The position numbers and the translations under genes were made by a program. This document shows, piece by piece, positions 27,671 to 40,744 of a stretch of DNA of 64,000 nucleotides (positions within the stretch are counted from its first letter, which is position 1; each line of letters opens with the position of its first letter). This DNA is from the human T2T-CHM13v2.0 reference genome, Homo sapiens, in the NCBI RefSeq assembly GCF_009914755.1, contig NC_060942.1; one strand, given 5' to 3'. The notes under the pieces were generated by a model, which did no database searches, was not told where the DNA came from, and was given only the letters and a program-made list of their open reading frames with translations.

Positions 27671-30201
27671 AATTTTATTTTATGTATTGATTTATTAGCT
27701 GTTTTATTTTGGGTTCAGGGGTATATATCCAGGTTTGTTATATAGATAAATTGAATCTCATGTGGGTTTTGTGTACAGATTGTTTTGTCACCCATGTAAT
27801 AAGCATACTACTCAATAGGTAGAATAGGTAGTTTTTCAAATATCACCCTTCACCTACCTTCCACCCTCAAGTAGGCCCTGGTATCTGTTATTCCCTTCTT
27901 TGTGTCCATATGTACTCAATGTTTAGCTTCCACTTACAAATGAGAACATGAGGTATTTGGTTTTCTATTCCTGTGTTAGTTTGCTTAGAATAATGGCTTC
28001 CAGATCTATCCATGTTGCCGCAAAGGACATGATCTCATTCTTTTTTATGGCTGCACAGTATCCCATTGTGTATATGTACCACATTGTCTTTATTCAGTCT
28101 ATACCATTGATGGGTATTTAGGTAGATTTCATATCCCTATTTTCAGTCTGAAATAGTTTGCTATTATAATGAACATGAAAGAATATGCAAGCATGTGTCT
28201 TTACATTAAAAGGATTTATATTTCTTTAGGTGTATACCCAATAATGGGATTGCTGAGTCAAATGGTAATTCTATTTTAAGTTATTTGAGAAATCACCAAA
28301 CCACTTTCCATAAGTGGTTTGGTGATTTCTCAAATAATTCATAATGGCTGAACTAATTTACATTTCTACCAGCAGTATATAAGCACTCCCTTTTCTCCAC
28401 AGCCTCACCAGCATCTGTTATTTTCTGACCTTTTAGTAATAGCCATTCTGAATGGTATGAGATGGTGTCTCATTGTGGTTTTGATTTGCATTTGTCTAAT
28501 AGTTATGTTGAACATTTTCTCATATGCTTTTGGCCGCATGTATGTCTTCTTTTCAAAAGTGTCTTTTAATGTCCTTTGCCTACTTTTTAATGGGGTTGTT
28601 CGTTTTATGCTTGCAAATTTGTTTAAGTTCCTTAGATTCTGGATATTAGACCTACTTCAGATAGATAGTTTGCAAATATTTTCTCCCATTCAGGTTATTT
28701 ACTCTGTTGATAGTTTCTTTTGCTGTACAGAAGCTCTTTAGTTTAATTAGGTCCCTGTATTAGTCAGGGGTCTCTAGAGGGATGGAACTAATAGAATAGA
28801 TGTATATATAAAGGGAAGTTTATTAAGGAGTATTGACTCACACAATCACAAGGTGAGGTTCGTCTGCAATAGGCCATGTGCAAGCTGAGGAGCAAGGAAG
28901 CCAGTCCGAGTCCCAAAGCTGAAGAACTTGGAGTCCAGTGTTCGAGGACAGGAAGCATCCAGCACAGGAGAAAGATGTAGGTCGGGAGACTAAGTCTCTC
29001 TAGACTTTTCAGGTTCTTCTGCCTGCTTTTATTCTGGCCACATTGGCAGCTGATTAGATTGTACCCACCTAGATTGAGGGTGAGTCCATCTTTCCCAGTC
29101 CACTGACTCAAATGTTCATCTCTTTTGGCAACACCCTCACAAACATACCCATGAACAATACTTTGCATCCTTCAATACAATCAAGTTGATACTCATTATC
29201 AACCAGCACAGTCCCATTTGTCAATTTTTGTTTTTATTGCACTTTCTTTTGACATCTCTATCTTGAGGTCTTTGCCCAGTCCTATGTCCAGAATGGTATT
29301 TCCTAAGTTATCTTGCAGGATGTTTATGGGTTTGGGTTTTAGATTTCAGTCTGTAATCCATCTTGAGTTGATTTTTGTATATGGTGTAAGGTAGGGTCCA
29401 GTTTCAATCTTCTGGATATGACTAGCCAGTTATCCCAGCATCATTTATTGAATAAAGAGTCTTTTCCCCATTGCTTGTCTTTGTCGGCTTTGTGAAGATC
29501 AGATGGTTGTAGGTGTGTGGTGTTACTTCTGGGCTCTCTATGCTGTTCCATTGGTCTATGCATCTGTTTTTGTACCAATACCATGCTGTTTGGGTTACTG
29601 CAGTTTTGTAGCATAGTTTGAAGTTAGATAATGTGATTTCTTCAGCTTTGCTCTTTTTGCTTAAGATTGCTTTGGCCATTTGAGATCTTTTTTGGTTCCA
29701 GATAAATTTTAAAATAGCTGTTTTTTTCTAATTCTGTGAAGAATGTCATCGGTAGTTTGATAGGAATAGCATTGAATCTGTAAATTGCTTTGGTTAGTAG
29801 GACCATTTTAACAATATCAATTCTTCCTCTCTCTGAACATGGAATATTTTACTATTTGTGTCATCTCCAATTTATTTGAGCAGTGTTTGGTAATTCTGAT
29901 TGTAGATGCCTTTTACCTCCTTGGTTAGCTGTATTGCTAGGTATTATATTCTTTTTGTGGCTATTGTGAAAGGGTTTGCATTCCTAATTTGGATCTCAGC
30001 TTGGGTGGTGTTGGTGTATGAGAATGCTACTGATTTTTGCACATTGATTTTGTATCCTGAAACTTTGCTGAAGTTGTATATCAGATCAAGGAGCTTTTGT
30101 ACAGGGACTGTGGAGTTTTCTAAATATAGAATCATATCATCTGCAAACAGAGATACTTTGACTTCCTCTCTTCATATTTGGATGCCTTTTATTTCATTCT
30201 C
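27671..30201 (-). mobile_element. 5'-truncated L1PA15/16-like element interrupted by MLT2A
   Basis: 3' UTR ccttccaccctcaagtaggccc; ORF2 remnants in the ORF track (AKAILSKK...WYWYKNR; MILYLEN...KINVQKS); 14-bp TSD ttgcattcttattt at 27657-27670 and 30202-30215. Confidence 0.92.
28756..29210 (-). mobile_element. MLT2A (HERVL) solo LTR
   Basis: tgtattagtcaggggtctctagaggg...aatcaagttgatactc...aaccagcaca; perfect TSD gtccc at 28751-28755 and 29211-29215. Confidence 0.93.
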
Positions 30202-31320
30202 TTGCATTCTTATTTTAAAGAGTATTTTTTTAAATGTGGCAAGAGCTTCCACCATTATGTGTGATGTTGACTCTTGCTTTAAAACAAATATCATTTTTAG
30301 GAAATATTTTATTTTCATTTCACTAAGCATCTCTTCATTAATATTAAGCTCAGGTTATTTTCATTTGTATTAACATTTAGACATGAATTTTAATTATCGC
30401 TGTTTAAAAACATCTTTTGTTTATCTGGTTTAAGGTTAGTGTTACATTAACATAATGAATTAAAAGTTTTTATCTTCTAATATCACACAAAAGTTACTTT
30501 TTTTTGAAAGTTAGAAATAACTTACTCATTGAGATATTTAAGTTAGGTAACATTTTAGAAATTGATGATTTGAAAAAATTTTCCATTTCTTTTGTAATTT
30601 TCCACTGCTGAAATTTTCTATTTGTACCTAGGTCTATTATAATTTTTTTTGAAAATTATTAATTTTCTCCATATATTCAAATATAATGGTATATACATTT
30701 TTTTAATTCTGTTATTATTTTCATTTCATTATCTGTCCATATGTTTATTTCTGTGGCTATATTTTAATATTTATGTCCTTATATTTTTATTACTTATGTT
30801 ATTCAGAATTTTGCCTCTGTTTTCAAAGAAACTACACTAATATATTAATTTTAGTTTTTCTGCTTTCTATTATTTTTTATTTTTAGCTTCATCCCATTTT
30901 TATCAAAAATTTCAAGAGTGCATACTTTTATTAAATAATTATTTAGAGAAATGTTTTATAATTTTTCATGTAGTTGCATTTTTTTCTTTTTTAACTTTCG
31001 CTATTTATCTTAAGCTGTGTTTTAATTGAATCTTTGCATAAGATCTGGTTGATCTCTTGGTCTTTATATTCCACCCAAAATAGAAAGTTTCAGGAATCTA
31101 TTACATCAATTTATAATTTTGTCTCCTTAATCTGTTAAAGACTGAGGGTTGCATTAAAATTTCCCACTATAACAGTTTTTACCATACATATTTTACTTAT
31201 TTTATAGTAGAATGGTAATCCCATGGTAAACTATACCCTGTATTTTAGAGATTTTTTTTGATGCATGATAATTCTCCCAGATGTCTACAGAACTCATATT
31301 TGTATAGAAATCACTGCTTA

Positions 31321-31460
31321 TTTTCCCTTCTTTCCTTCCTTCCTTTCTTCTTTCCTCCCTCCCTCCTTCCATTACTTCCTTTCTTCCTTCCTTCCTTCTT
31401 GCCTGCCTGCCTGCCTTCCTTCCTGCCTTCCTGCCTTCCTTCTTCTCACCTTTCTTTCTG
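31321..31460. repeat. (CCTT)n/(CCTG)n compound microsatellite
   Basis: Direct reading; explains the low-complexity ORFs at 31202-31557. Confidence 0.9.
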
Positions 31461-32149
31461 TCTTTTATTCTTATGGTATGCTTTCCTTTCTGCACCTTCT
31501 GAATCTCTTAGTTTAGGTATGTACTTGTCAAAGCTTTATTTTATTATACTAATCTGAAAGCTATGGTCTAATAAATCAGATGAAATTCTTATTAACTGTA
31601 TTGGCCAAATGGGTATTTATAGTTTACATCATATGCTTAATGCTTGTTATGTATTCTTGCTATGTTCTTGATTTTCTATCTCTTGCTAAATGAACTGTAT
31701 TTTACCTCCCATATTCTGTTTCCTGCCCAGAATTTTGGAAGTACACATTTAACTTTATAAATTCTACTTGTAGCTATTTTTAAGTTTTGAAAAACAAATA
31801 TGTACTTTATCCTGTTTTTCTCTATTATCAATTTGTCTTACTGATATTGACTGTTAACATTTATTTAAAATATAGAAGCATGAGATTTACCAAAAACATT
31901 TAAAAATTACAATGGTTTTCCTCATAAGATAGCAAACAATACTAAAAAGTTCAATGACTTGAAAAATAGGATTCTATTGTGGAATACATATCTAACTGGT
32001 GGGAAGCAGGAGCAAATTAAGAAACAGCCTCAGGAGTTCAAGAGATTTAAGTAGATAAATATGCTATCATTTCAAATAGGAGAAAAAATGATGAATTATC
32101 CAATAAATGATACTGAGGGAAATAATTATTTTTTTCCACACAACATGTA

Positions 32150-32540
32150 GATGAGGGAGATAATTATATGTTTGGGAAAAATGTTAAGTCTAGGCACTAT
32201 ATCAGCAGCATATGTTCAATGAAACAAGACAAGTTGACAAATAAGATGATTCCAGTCATTTCTAAGAACACAAAAGAAACTAAAAGGGTGGAGAGAGGGA
32301 CCAAGTTAGGGATAGTGGGGAATTTCAATAGGGAAGCTCCAAAAGATTTTTTAGGAAAAATATCAAGAAATCAAGATACTTAGGAGAAATCCATCATGTA
32401 AAATTTGGGAAAGTATATTCTAGGCCAAGGAGCCATAAGTGCAAAGACCCTGTAGTAGAAATGGGCACAGGAGGCTTGACTACTGAATGAAGGCCAGTTT
32501 TGCTGAAGCTGAGGGAAAAAGTGAAGAGACAGAAAATTAA
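32150..32540 (-). mobile_element. L2 fragment
   Basis: attctaggccaaggagccataagtgcaaagaccctg antisense L2 motif. Confidence 0.6.
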
Positions 32541-32569
32541 AGTCGAATTAAAACAACAGTCCTCATTTT

Positions 32570-33100
32570 AAAGCCATATTGGCAAAATTTATTTCATAGC
32601 TAATACCTAGTTTGGCAGGCATGTGGGAAAGCAATCACTATTATAAATTCTTAGCTAGATCGTAGATTGGTAAAGTCTACTTGGCGAACAATGGACTACA
32701 TCCATCCAAATATGGAAATGTATATCTCTTTGCTTAAGTAGCCCCTCTTCTTAACCTTTATTTGACAGAAAAACTCACACAAATAAGCAAAAGTATATCT
32801 ATTGCCACATTTGTAATACCAAAAAATGGAGACAGGCATGTTATGGTGCAAACAGCACAGTGGAATACAAGATGACTGTTAGAATAATCAGAGAGATCTA
32901 CCTATGTGTATTAACCCAGAAATCTTCCCACAGTACATTTCCAGTTCTTGTTTTCCTTTATTTAAAATTGGCTTTCACCGGCTACCTTTAAGTGGAAAAA
33001 GATTGCAGGAACAGTAATACTATGCTCTATTGTCACTGAAAATATAATTTATTTTATTATATGTAAATATATATATGCAATGTTGTATATTTATGTATGA
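32570..33100 (+). mobile_element. Old L1ME 3' fragment
   Basis: tagtttggcaggcatgtgggaaag...gtggaatac...ttaagtggaaaaa motifs. Confidence 0.5.
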
Positions 33101-34242
33101 ATTTGACAGTGAAGCAAGTCTAGAATCTAAAATCAATATGTGCTGTAATAAACACACTTACAAGTTTTCTCTTCCATATTTTGAGTGTTATTTCTGACTT
33201 TTATGTTACAAAGATTCCTCATTGTCCCGAAGTCCTTAATTGAGGCCTAGAGTTTGCCCATATTTGGAGGGAGCAGTGTCGTCTTACCCTGTGGGTGGGT
33301 ACTGACTACTCTCAGAATTTGCCTCTCAGGTGCTAAGGTGAGTGATTGATTGGTGTGCATTTCTACTGTCAGTTAAATACCTGAGATGTGTGGAAAGGAG
33401 GGCACATCTGTGTATGGGGAAGTCTTGTGTTATTTATTCTTCCAGAAACCAGCTTTATTTGGTAGCTGAGTTTCATTTAAAAAGTCATCAAATAATAAAG
33501 GCTATATTATTGTCAGATAATAAGCGTTTAAGGAGAAAGCAAGGTAGCCCCTATCTTATGGTTTCATGGTTAGCGTGTTCCCCACCACCTCCCCTCCACA
33601 AGGACTGGGTTTAATCATTCTTCTTTATAGTGAACAAAATATCTATCTTAGAAAAGCAAAGTTTTTCTAAATTTGTGTCTGAAGAGGTTGTTTTTTGTGT
33701 GTACGATGAGAAAAACCCAAGCATTTTTTTTCCATATATCTTCAATTAGCTTTTGGACCCTAGAGTAAGATTTCATTTAGCACTTAATGGTGGTGCACAG
33801 TCAAAACATTCTTAAGTGATTATAAGAAAGTGCAACAAAGCATTATGTTCAGAACTTTCACTGTCAACTTCTCAGAATGGACAACTCCCATTTCCATTAC
33901 CCCACTGTTACCAAAAGAAAAAAAAATAAGTAAAGAGTAAAAAACAAAGTGTATTGCTATAAATACCACTTTCATTTCTTTTATCAGATAATCTTCACTT
34001 CCAGGTGAATGGCAATTGGTTTTATTCACTCAGTCAGCAAGGAATAAAGCAGAAAGGGTCTGCAGTTTTGAATAACACTATTTTAGGCAAACTGGAGATG
34101 TATCACAACCCAAAACTCACCAGCTCAAACATGTTTGCTGCTGTATCATTTCAAATAAGTAAGAACCTTCATAAATTGACTTCTTGTATATGTTTTGCTC
34201 AGCTTGCTGGTGTATCTACTCTAAGTCTATTACATTTATCTG

Positions 34243-34672
<430 letters not shown>

Positions 34673-35534
34673 TGAATGAATCCTTCCCATTTTTCAAGGT
34701 CTCTCAATATTCATCTGCATATTGAAGCATGACTCACATCTTTATTCACCTTCCTTTCAGTTTAATTTGTGCAGTACTTAGTTTATACTATATTATTCCA
34801 ATGAGTAATCATATGTTGTCATTTTAGGTTGTTCAACTTTCCTTGCTTTCACAGACTGTGAGTTTTACCAATGTACAGATAATACACCTTGTGAATTCTC
34901 TCCAGAAAAGAGACACAAGGTATAAATTTCTTAATAAATAGCAGAGACATTAATTGATTATCTAATTCATTCCAGAAAATGATGGCTTCTCAAGTGTGTC
35001 TACTGCAGTGACTCTGCTGGTAGACAAGTGCACCAGTGTAGTCCCTGCAATAGCCATGCTTGAGGACTATGGGGACTCCTCAAGTCAGGTCACCTGGGGA
35101 CTTTTGAAATCATACACAACTCCTGTGTCCTCTCATTCTTCCTCTGTGTCTCCACTGTGTCAATCTGATGACCCTCCTCAAGAGGACATTCTTTGTGGGA
35201 ATCATCATCACAGTGATGGAATGTGTCATGGTCTTCTATGTGGTAGAGCATTAAAAAGGTTTTAACCACCCAGCTAAAGCACAGAACATGTGAAGCAGAG
35301 TAAAGGTATAAATATACGAAAGATATGTTGTTTCCTACTCCTTAATGAAAAATTCTTACCTCTGGTGAATTTGGAAGCAGGATAGGCCAAATTATAGAAG
35401 GCCCTGGATAACATGTGAGCATTCTGCTTATATTTTTACAAAACACATCTTGCTTTGGACCTTGGCTTTTTTCACGGACAAAATATTAAAAATATATCTT
35501 CGAGACTTCCATATTAATGTTTAAAAATTATGTT

Positions 35535-36250
35535 ATTTTACCACTTCATACCTATTAGGTGTTATTTTCAGAAAAGTGGGAAATAATTGTTGGCTAAACA
35601 GAGGAGAGGTCAGAAATTTTGTATACTGTTAGTAGAAATGTAAAATGGTGCAGTCACTCTGGAAAACTGTTTGTTGATTCCTTTAAAGGTTAAACATAGA
35701 ATTACTGTATGATCTATAAATTTCACTTCTTGGTGTATACCCAAAAGAATTGAAAGCAGAGACTCTAACAGATATTTGTACACCCATGCTCGTGGTCACA
35801 TTACTCATAATAGCCAAAAGATTGAAGAAACTCAAGTGTCTATCAACAGATGAATGGATAAGCAAAGTGTGGTATAAACATATAATGGAATATTATTCAG
35901 CCTGAGAAAATGAATGAAATTCTAACTCATGATACAAAATAAATGAACTTTCAAAACATGCTAAGTGAAATAAAACAGACATAAAAGGGCAAATATTGTA
36001 CAGTTCCACTGATCTGAGGTACCCAGAATAGACAAACTCATACAGACAGACAGTAAAATGAAAGGTTACTTGGGGTTGGGGAAATGAGGGGTAGAGAATT
36101 ATTGCTTAGTAGCTATAGAGTTTCTGTTTGGGATAATAAAATATTTCTGGAAATGTATAGTAGTGATGATTGCACACATTATGAATGGCCTAAATGCCAC
36201 TGAATTTGTACACTTAAAATGGTTTAAGTATGTTTTACTATAATAAAACA
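35535..36250 (+). mobile_element. L1MB 3' end
   Basis: atacccaaaagaattgaaagcag...aacagatgaatggataagc...tagagtttctgtttgggat...gtacacttaaaatggtt. Confidence 0.85.
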
Positions 36251-37912
36251 AATATCTACTTTTAAAAATGTCTTAAGGATTCTAAAGGACTAAGTTGGAT
36301 ATTCGTATTTGTTTATTTTTTGTTTTATTTTTGTTGCTATTGTTGTTCCAACTGTGCCTACCCCAGAATGAGTTATAGGTCATATTTATCTCTATTTGTG
36401 TCTTCTAAGTTCCCATGCATGAAAAACTTAGTCCTTTAGTCTGCCCATCTCCCTCCATTAAATGTGCTTACACGGCAATCTCTGTCATACCATTGCCTCA
36501 CTTTTCTACGGTGCAGCTACAATACTCCCTCACTCCTAACCACACTCCAGATGTTCAATTTAACAGAGTGGCTACCTCAGACACATGCAAACCGAAAAGA
36601 ATTGCATTATAATTAGGAATCTGATTATATTGCAAATGAAATGAGACTCTGTACTGTTGCTTTCTCATAAAATATATGTTTCTACTTAATTCAATCAAGG
36701 TTTCATAGGTTTAACTATATTTCCTCATTTTAATCTTATCTCACTGTTGACAACCAAGCTGTATTGAGTCTGTAAGTTTATTTTTTAAGGTAATTATTTT
36801 CATTCCAATAAGCCTTCTTCTCCATAATTATCTAACTAATGAAGAGGTGGATCTTCTATGATTCAACTCAGACAAGTCTATTCAGATTACATTGTCTGAC
36901 AATCTGACCAACAACTTTATGCTACCTATTTCTTTGTTTCTCAGGTAAATACTTACCATTCATTCTCAGGTAACATTAATCATTCTAATCAGTTCCAGTA
37001 TTTTCTCTTGTAACTAGAAGCTAAAGTAATTATGTTTTTGGCTTAGTTACCCCAGAAATGTCTCTTCAATGACTGTCTAAAGGTTATTTAGCCTTCATAG
37101 AATTTTCTAGATTTCTACCCATTTTCTGGAAAAGAAATTGAGTCAATGTTCTCTTATCATAATCAATGTATTTATTTTATTCACCATTGTTCAATACCAT
37201 TTTAAATCTTATAGCAGAAGCAAACTGATTAGAAAGTCAAATTTATTGCATAACAACAAATTTGACTTTAGTTACGCTGCTATTTACCCATAGTGTTAAC
37301 TTTGAAATTTCATTAACTCAATGTGACTCCAAGGAGTAAATATTAAGTCAATACATGTTGATAGTAAAAACTTTTAAGATCTCCTTGCAATAAATAAAAA
37401 CTTTTATTGTGATAGGAGAGCACATTACCATCAGCTACAGACACATTATCTGAGGAGGGGGTATAATGAAGAAGGAAAGGGAAAAATTTTAATTAAATAA
37501 ATCAGTCATCACAAATTAAACAACAATAACAGTAAAACATAAGTCTGCAATTTGTTTCATTAGGTATATGAAACATAAACTCTATCCCAAAGGCTCTTAA
37601 AACATAGTGGGGGAGATAAAATAATGTGAACAAGCGGGTTGCCCTTTTTCATTGCTATGGGTTCACAGAAGAAAGCTCTGAGAGAGTCAAGGCCCAGAAA
37701 TGGCTTTGCTAAATTGTTAGGTACCCCAGCATCATCAAGATGGATAAGATTGGATTAATGCAGAGGAGGGTGTAACACCCAAGAAAGGGAAAGATCCACA
37801 GCATATGGGGGCTGTGACAGATTTGATGTGACTGGAGGTGATTAAGACCATCAGGCTGATAGGAGGAACTGATACTAAATAGAGTTATCAGTGACTCAGA
37901 TGTAGTCAAGTG

Positions 37913-37949
37913 GCTTGTGCAGACAGCTTGTGCAGACAGCTTGTGCAGA
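37913..37949. repeat. Perfect 13-bp tandem repeat (gcttgtgcagaca) x2.8
   Basis: Direct reading. Confidence 0.9.
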
Positions 37950-38266
37950 AAACCTGTGTATGGCTTTGAAGTCCAAAAGATCAGACTCTGTGTTTGAGCA
38001 GGGGAGGCACCACTTTTAGGATAGCACTTTTGGAAAACAAATATACTTTGAAGAGAGAGACTATGGAAGACAACAAAAAGAGGAAAGAGAAGAACTAAGG
38101 TTGCCTAGTGTGACCTCATCTCCATGACTTTCCTGGTGGGGTGGAGTAGGTGGAGAAAAGTACATCAGGTTTGCATTTTTCTATATGGGGAGGGCAAAGC
38201 ATTTCGTCTCACTGTTTATTTTTTTTTCATACTATATACCTTGATATTTCATAAACTAGGATTTAT

Positions 38267-38564
38267 GGCCAGATTCAGTGGCCTATAATCCCAGCCCTTT
38301 GGGAGGCTGAGACGGGAGGACAGCTTGAGCCCAGGAGTTAAAGACCAGCCTGGTCAATAAAGTGAAACCTTGTTTCTGTAACAAAATAAAAAAATTAACC
38401 CGGCATAGTGCCATGTGCCTATGGTTCCAGCTACACAGGAGGCTGATGTGGGGATATCACTTAAGCCTAAGCCTAAGCCTAGGAGGTCAATGCTGCAGTG
38501 AGCCATGATTGAACCACTGCTCATCACTCTGGGTAACAGTGAGACTCTGTCTCAAAAAAAAAAA
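38267..38564 (+). mobile_element. AluJ with internal (taagcc)3 expansion
   Basis: gcttgagcccaggagtt; ttaagcctaagcctaagcctaggaggtc. Confidence 0.92.
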
Positions 38565-38579
38565 TGTTATGAATTAGTT

Positions 38580-38954
38580 TGTATTATTTCATTTTCACAC
38601 TGCTGATAAGGCATACCTGAGAGTGGGCAATTTACAATACAAAGAGGTTTATTGGACTTACAGTTTCATGTGGCTAGGGAGGCCTCACAATCATGGCAGA
38701 AGGTGAAAGGCAAGAAAGATCAAGTCACGTCTTACATGGATGGTGGCAGGCAAAAAGAGAGCTTGTGCAGGGAGACTCCCGTTTTTAAAACTATCAGATC
38801 TTGTGAGACTCATTCACTATCACGAGAACAGCACAGAAAAGACCTGCCCTCATAACTCAATGGTCTTCCACTGGGTTCCTCCCATGACATTTGAGAATTA
38901 TAAGAGTTACAAGTCAAGATAAGATTTGGTTGGAGACACAGCCAAACCATATCA
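38580..38954 (-). mobile_element. THE1B-like MaLR solo LTR
   Basis: tgtattatttcattttcacactgctgataag...cacagccaaaccatatca. Confidence 0.92.
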
Positions 38955-39159
38955 GGATATATTATATTTTCCAATGGGGAAGTTCTTGAAGGTTAAGATC
39001 TATGGCTAAGTAATAGTTTGAACTTTTCTTGTTTATTTTTGTTAGTCCATTTTTCAATTTATTATAAGTATGAATAAAAATTTTTTAAAGGTACAAATAA
39101 TCATCTACATTTTTAAGACATATGTAGGATTAAGTCAAAAAAAGATTTTAAGATAACAA

Positions 39160-39400
39160 CAATAATACAATAGCTAACATGTATTGTTATTCACTATGTA
39201 CCATCTAATATTCTAAGCATTTTCCTTATAAAATCTTATTTAATTAGCACAAAAATCTCTATAAGACAAGTACTATTATTGTTCTTACATTACAGGTGAA
39301 GAAACCAAGACACAGAAAGAATGAATATGTAAAGGATGTCAGAACTAGGAAGTGATGGAATCAGGAAGAGAGCCTGGACAGCCTGCCTTGTGACTCATAG
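39160..39400 (-). mobile_element. MIR
   Basis: aatagctaacatgtattg...ttacaggtgaagaaaccaagacacaga. Confidence 0.75.
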
Positions 39401-40341
39401 GTCATCTGGCCACAAAAACAATGGTAAACAAAATCCAAGATAAAACCTCAAAGCATAGGTACTCCATTAATCAATAACAATAAGAGGAATAATTGGGATT
39501 CTATATAGTCATTTACAAATTCTTTTACCAACATATTGTTGCTTGAGATTTTCACCACTTAAGAGGAGAAACTGAAGCACTGAAGAGAACTGAGTAAGAC
39601 TACTTGATAGAATCCTCTCAAAGCATTGAGTTTAAGCTTGAAGTTATTTCAGTGCTTCAATACCCTTCCACTTTACTTAGCATACACACAATTACCACCA
39701 AAATTTAGCAAGTAACATAAAAAATGTGAAATGTTCCCAAAGAGAAGAAAGTCATCAGCAATCAAAACTGAAAGGAATGTCAAAATTAACAAATAGCACC
39801 TGCAGAAAATGAATAAATTAGGCACTTGTAATGTTTTATTATTTTAAATTATGGCACCACTAACTGAGCTGGGAAGGCTTTTTTTCTGATTATTGTATCT
39901 TTAAAAATATGAATTCCATCTTGACTGCCTCTTTAAATAAGATTAATTCATAGCATTCCCCATTTAATTGCTTTATCTGTTTTGGTCCATTAGATTCTAT
40001 TCGAGAATATAGCTTTTATGATAAATTAAATTCTAGGGTTTTATTTTGACATCTAAGTTAATTTTTAATTCTGGAAAAAGTTCTGCCCTGTGCAATTTAG
40101 TTCTTTCAGAAGTGCTGAAAAAAATGAGAGTTGAATCGCTGTAAGTTTTCTATAAAACAGGTATTTCACAGCCAGCCTGGCTGGGTTTTCTTTGGTTTTT
40201 CTTAGGCCTTAGCCACTCCAATGAAAGCCTTCTTTGAGGGATGCTTGCATATTAGCTTTTCCTAAAATTTCCAAGAAGCGACTTCATCACAGGAAATTGT
40301 TTGTTTGGTACATGCCTGCCTGTCAGGATGGATTGAACCTC

Positions 40342-40744
40342 TGATATAGTTTGGACGTTTATCCACTCCAAATTTCATGTTGTATTTGACCATCAGTGTT
40401 GGAGTTGGGGCCTGGTGGCAGGTGTTTGGACTATGAGAGTGGATCCCTCCTTAATGACAGTCCTCATGATAATGAGTGGAATCTCACTCTTGGTTTCCAT
40501 GAGACCTGGTTGTTGAAAGAGTCTGACACCTTCTCCCCTCTTTTTCCTCCTCTCTTGCCATGTGATGCCTGCTGTCCTTTCCCTTCTTCCATGAGTGGAA
40601 GCTTCCTGAAGCCTTCACCAAAAGCAGGTGTTGGCAGCATGCTTCTTCTAGAGTCTGCAGAACCATGAGCCAAATAAAACACTTTTCTCTATAAAGTATC
40701 TAACCTCAGGCATTCCTTTGTAGCAATGCAAATGGATTAAGATA
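40342..40744 (+). mobile_element. MSTB-like MaLR solo LTR
   Basis: tgatatagtttggacg...ctgcagaaccatgagccaaataaa...gcaaatggattaagata. Confidence 0.9.

Larger units (their letters stand above)
27050..31900 (-). mobile_element. Very old L1M fragments flanking the L1PA (27050-27656 and 30216-~31900)
   Basis: AT-rich degenerate antisense ORF2-like motifs, e.g. tataaagaaaacatacagattttttgtatgttg. Confidence 0.45.

Noticed and set aside
29422-30373. ORFs with L1 ORF2-like peptides
   Set aside because: Broken fragments of a 5'-truncated L1, not a functional CDS
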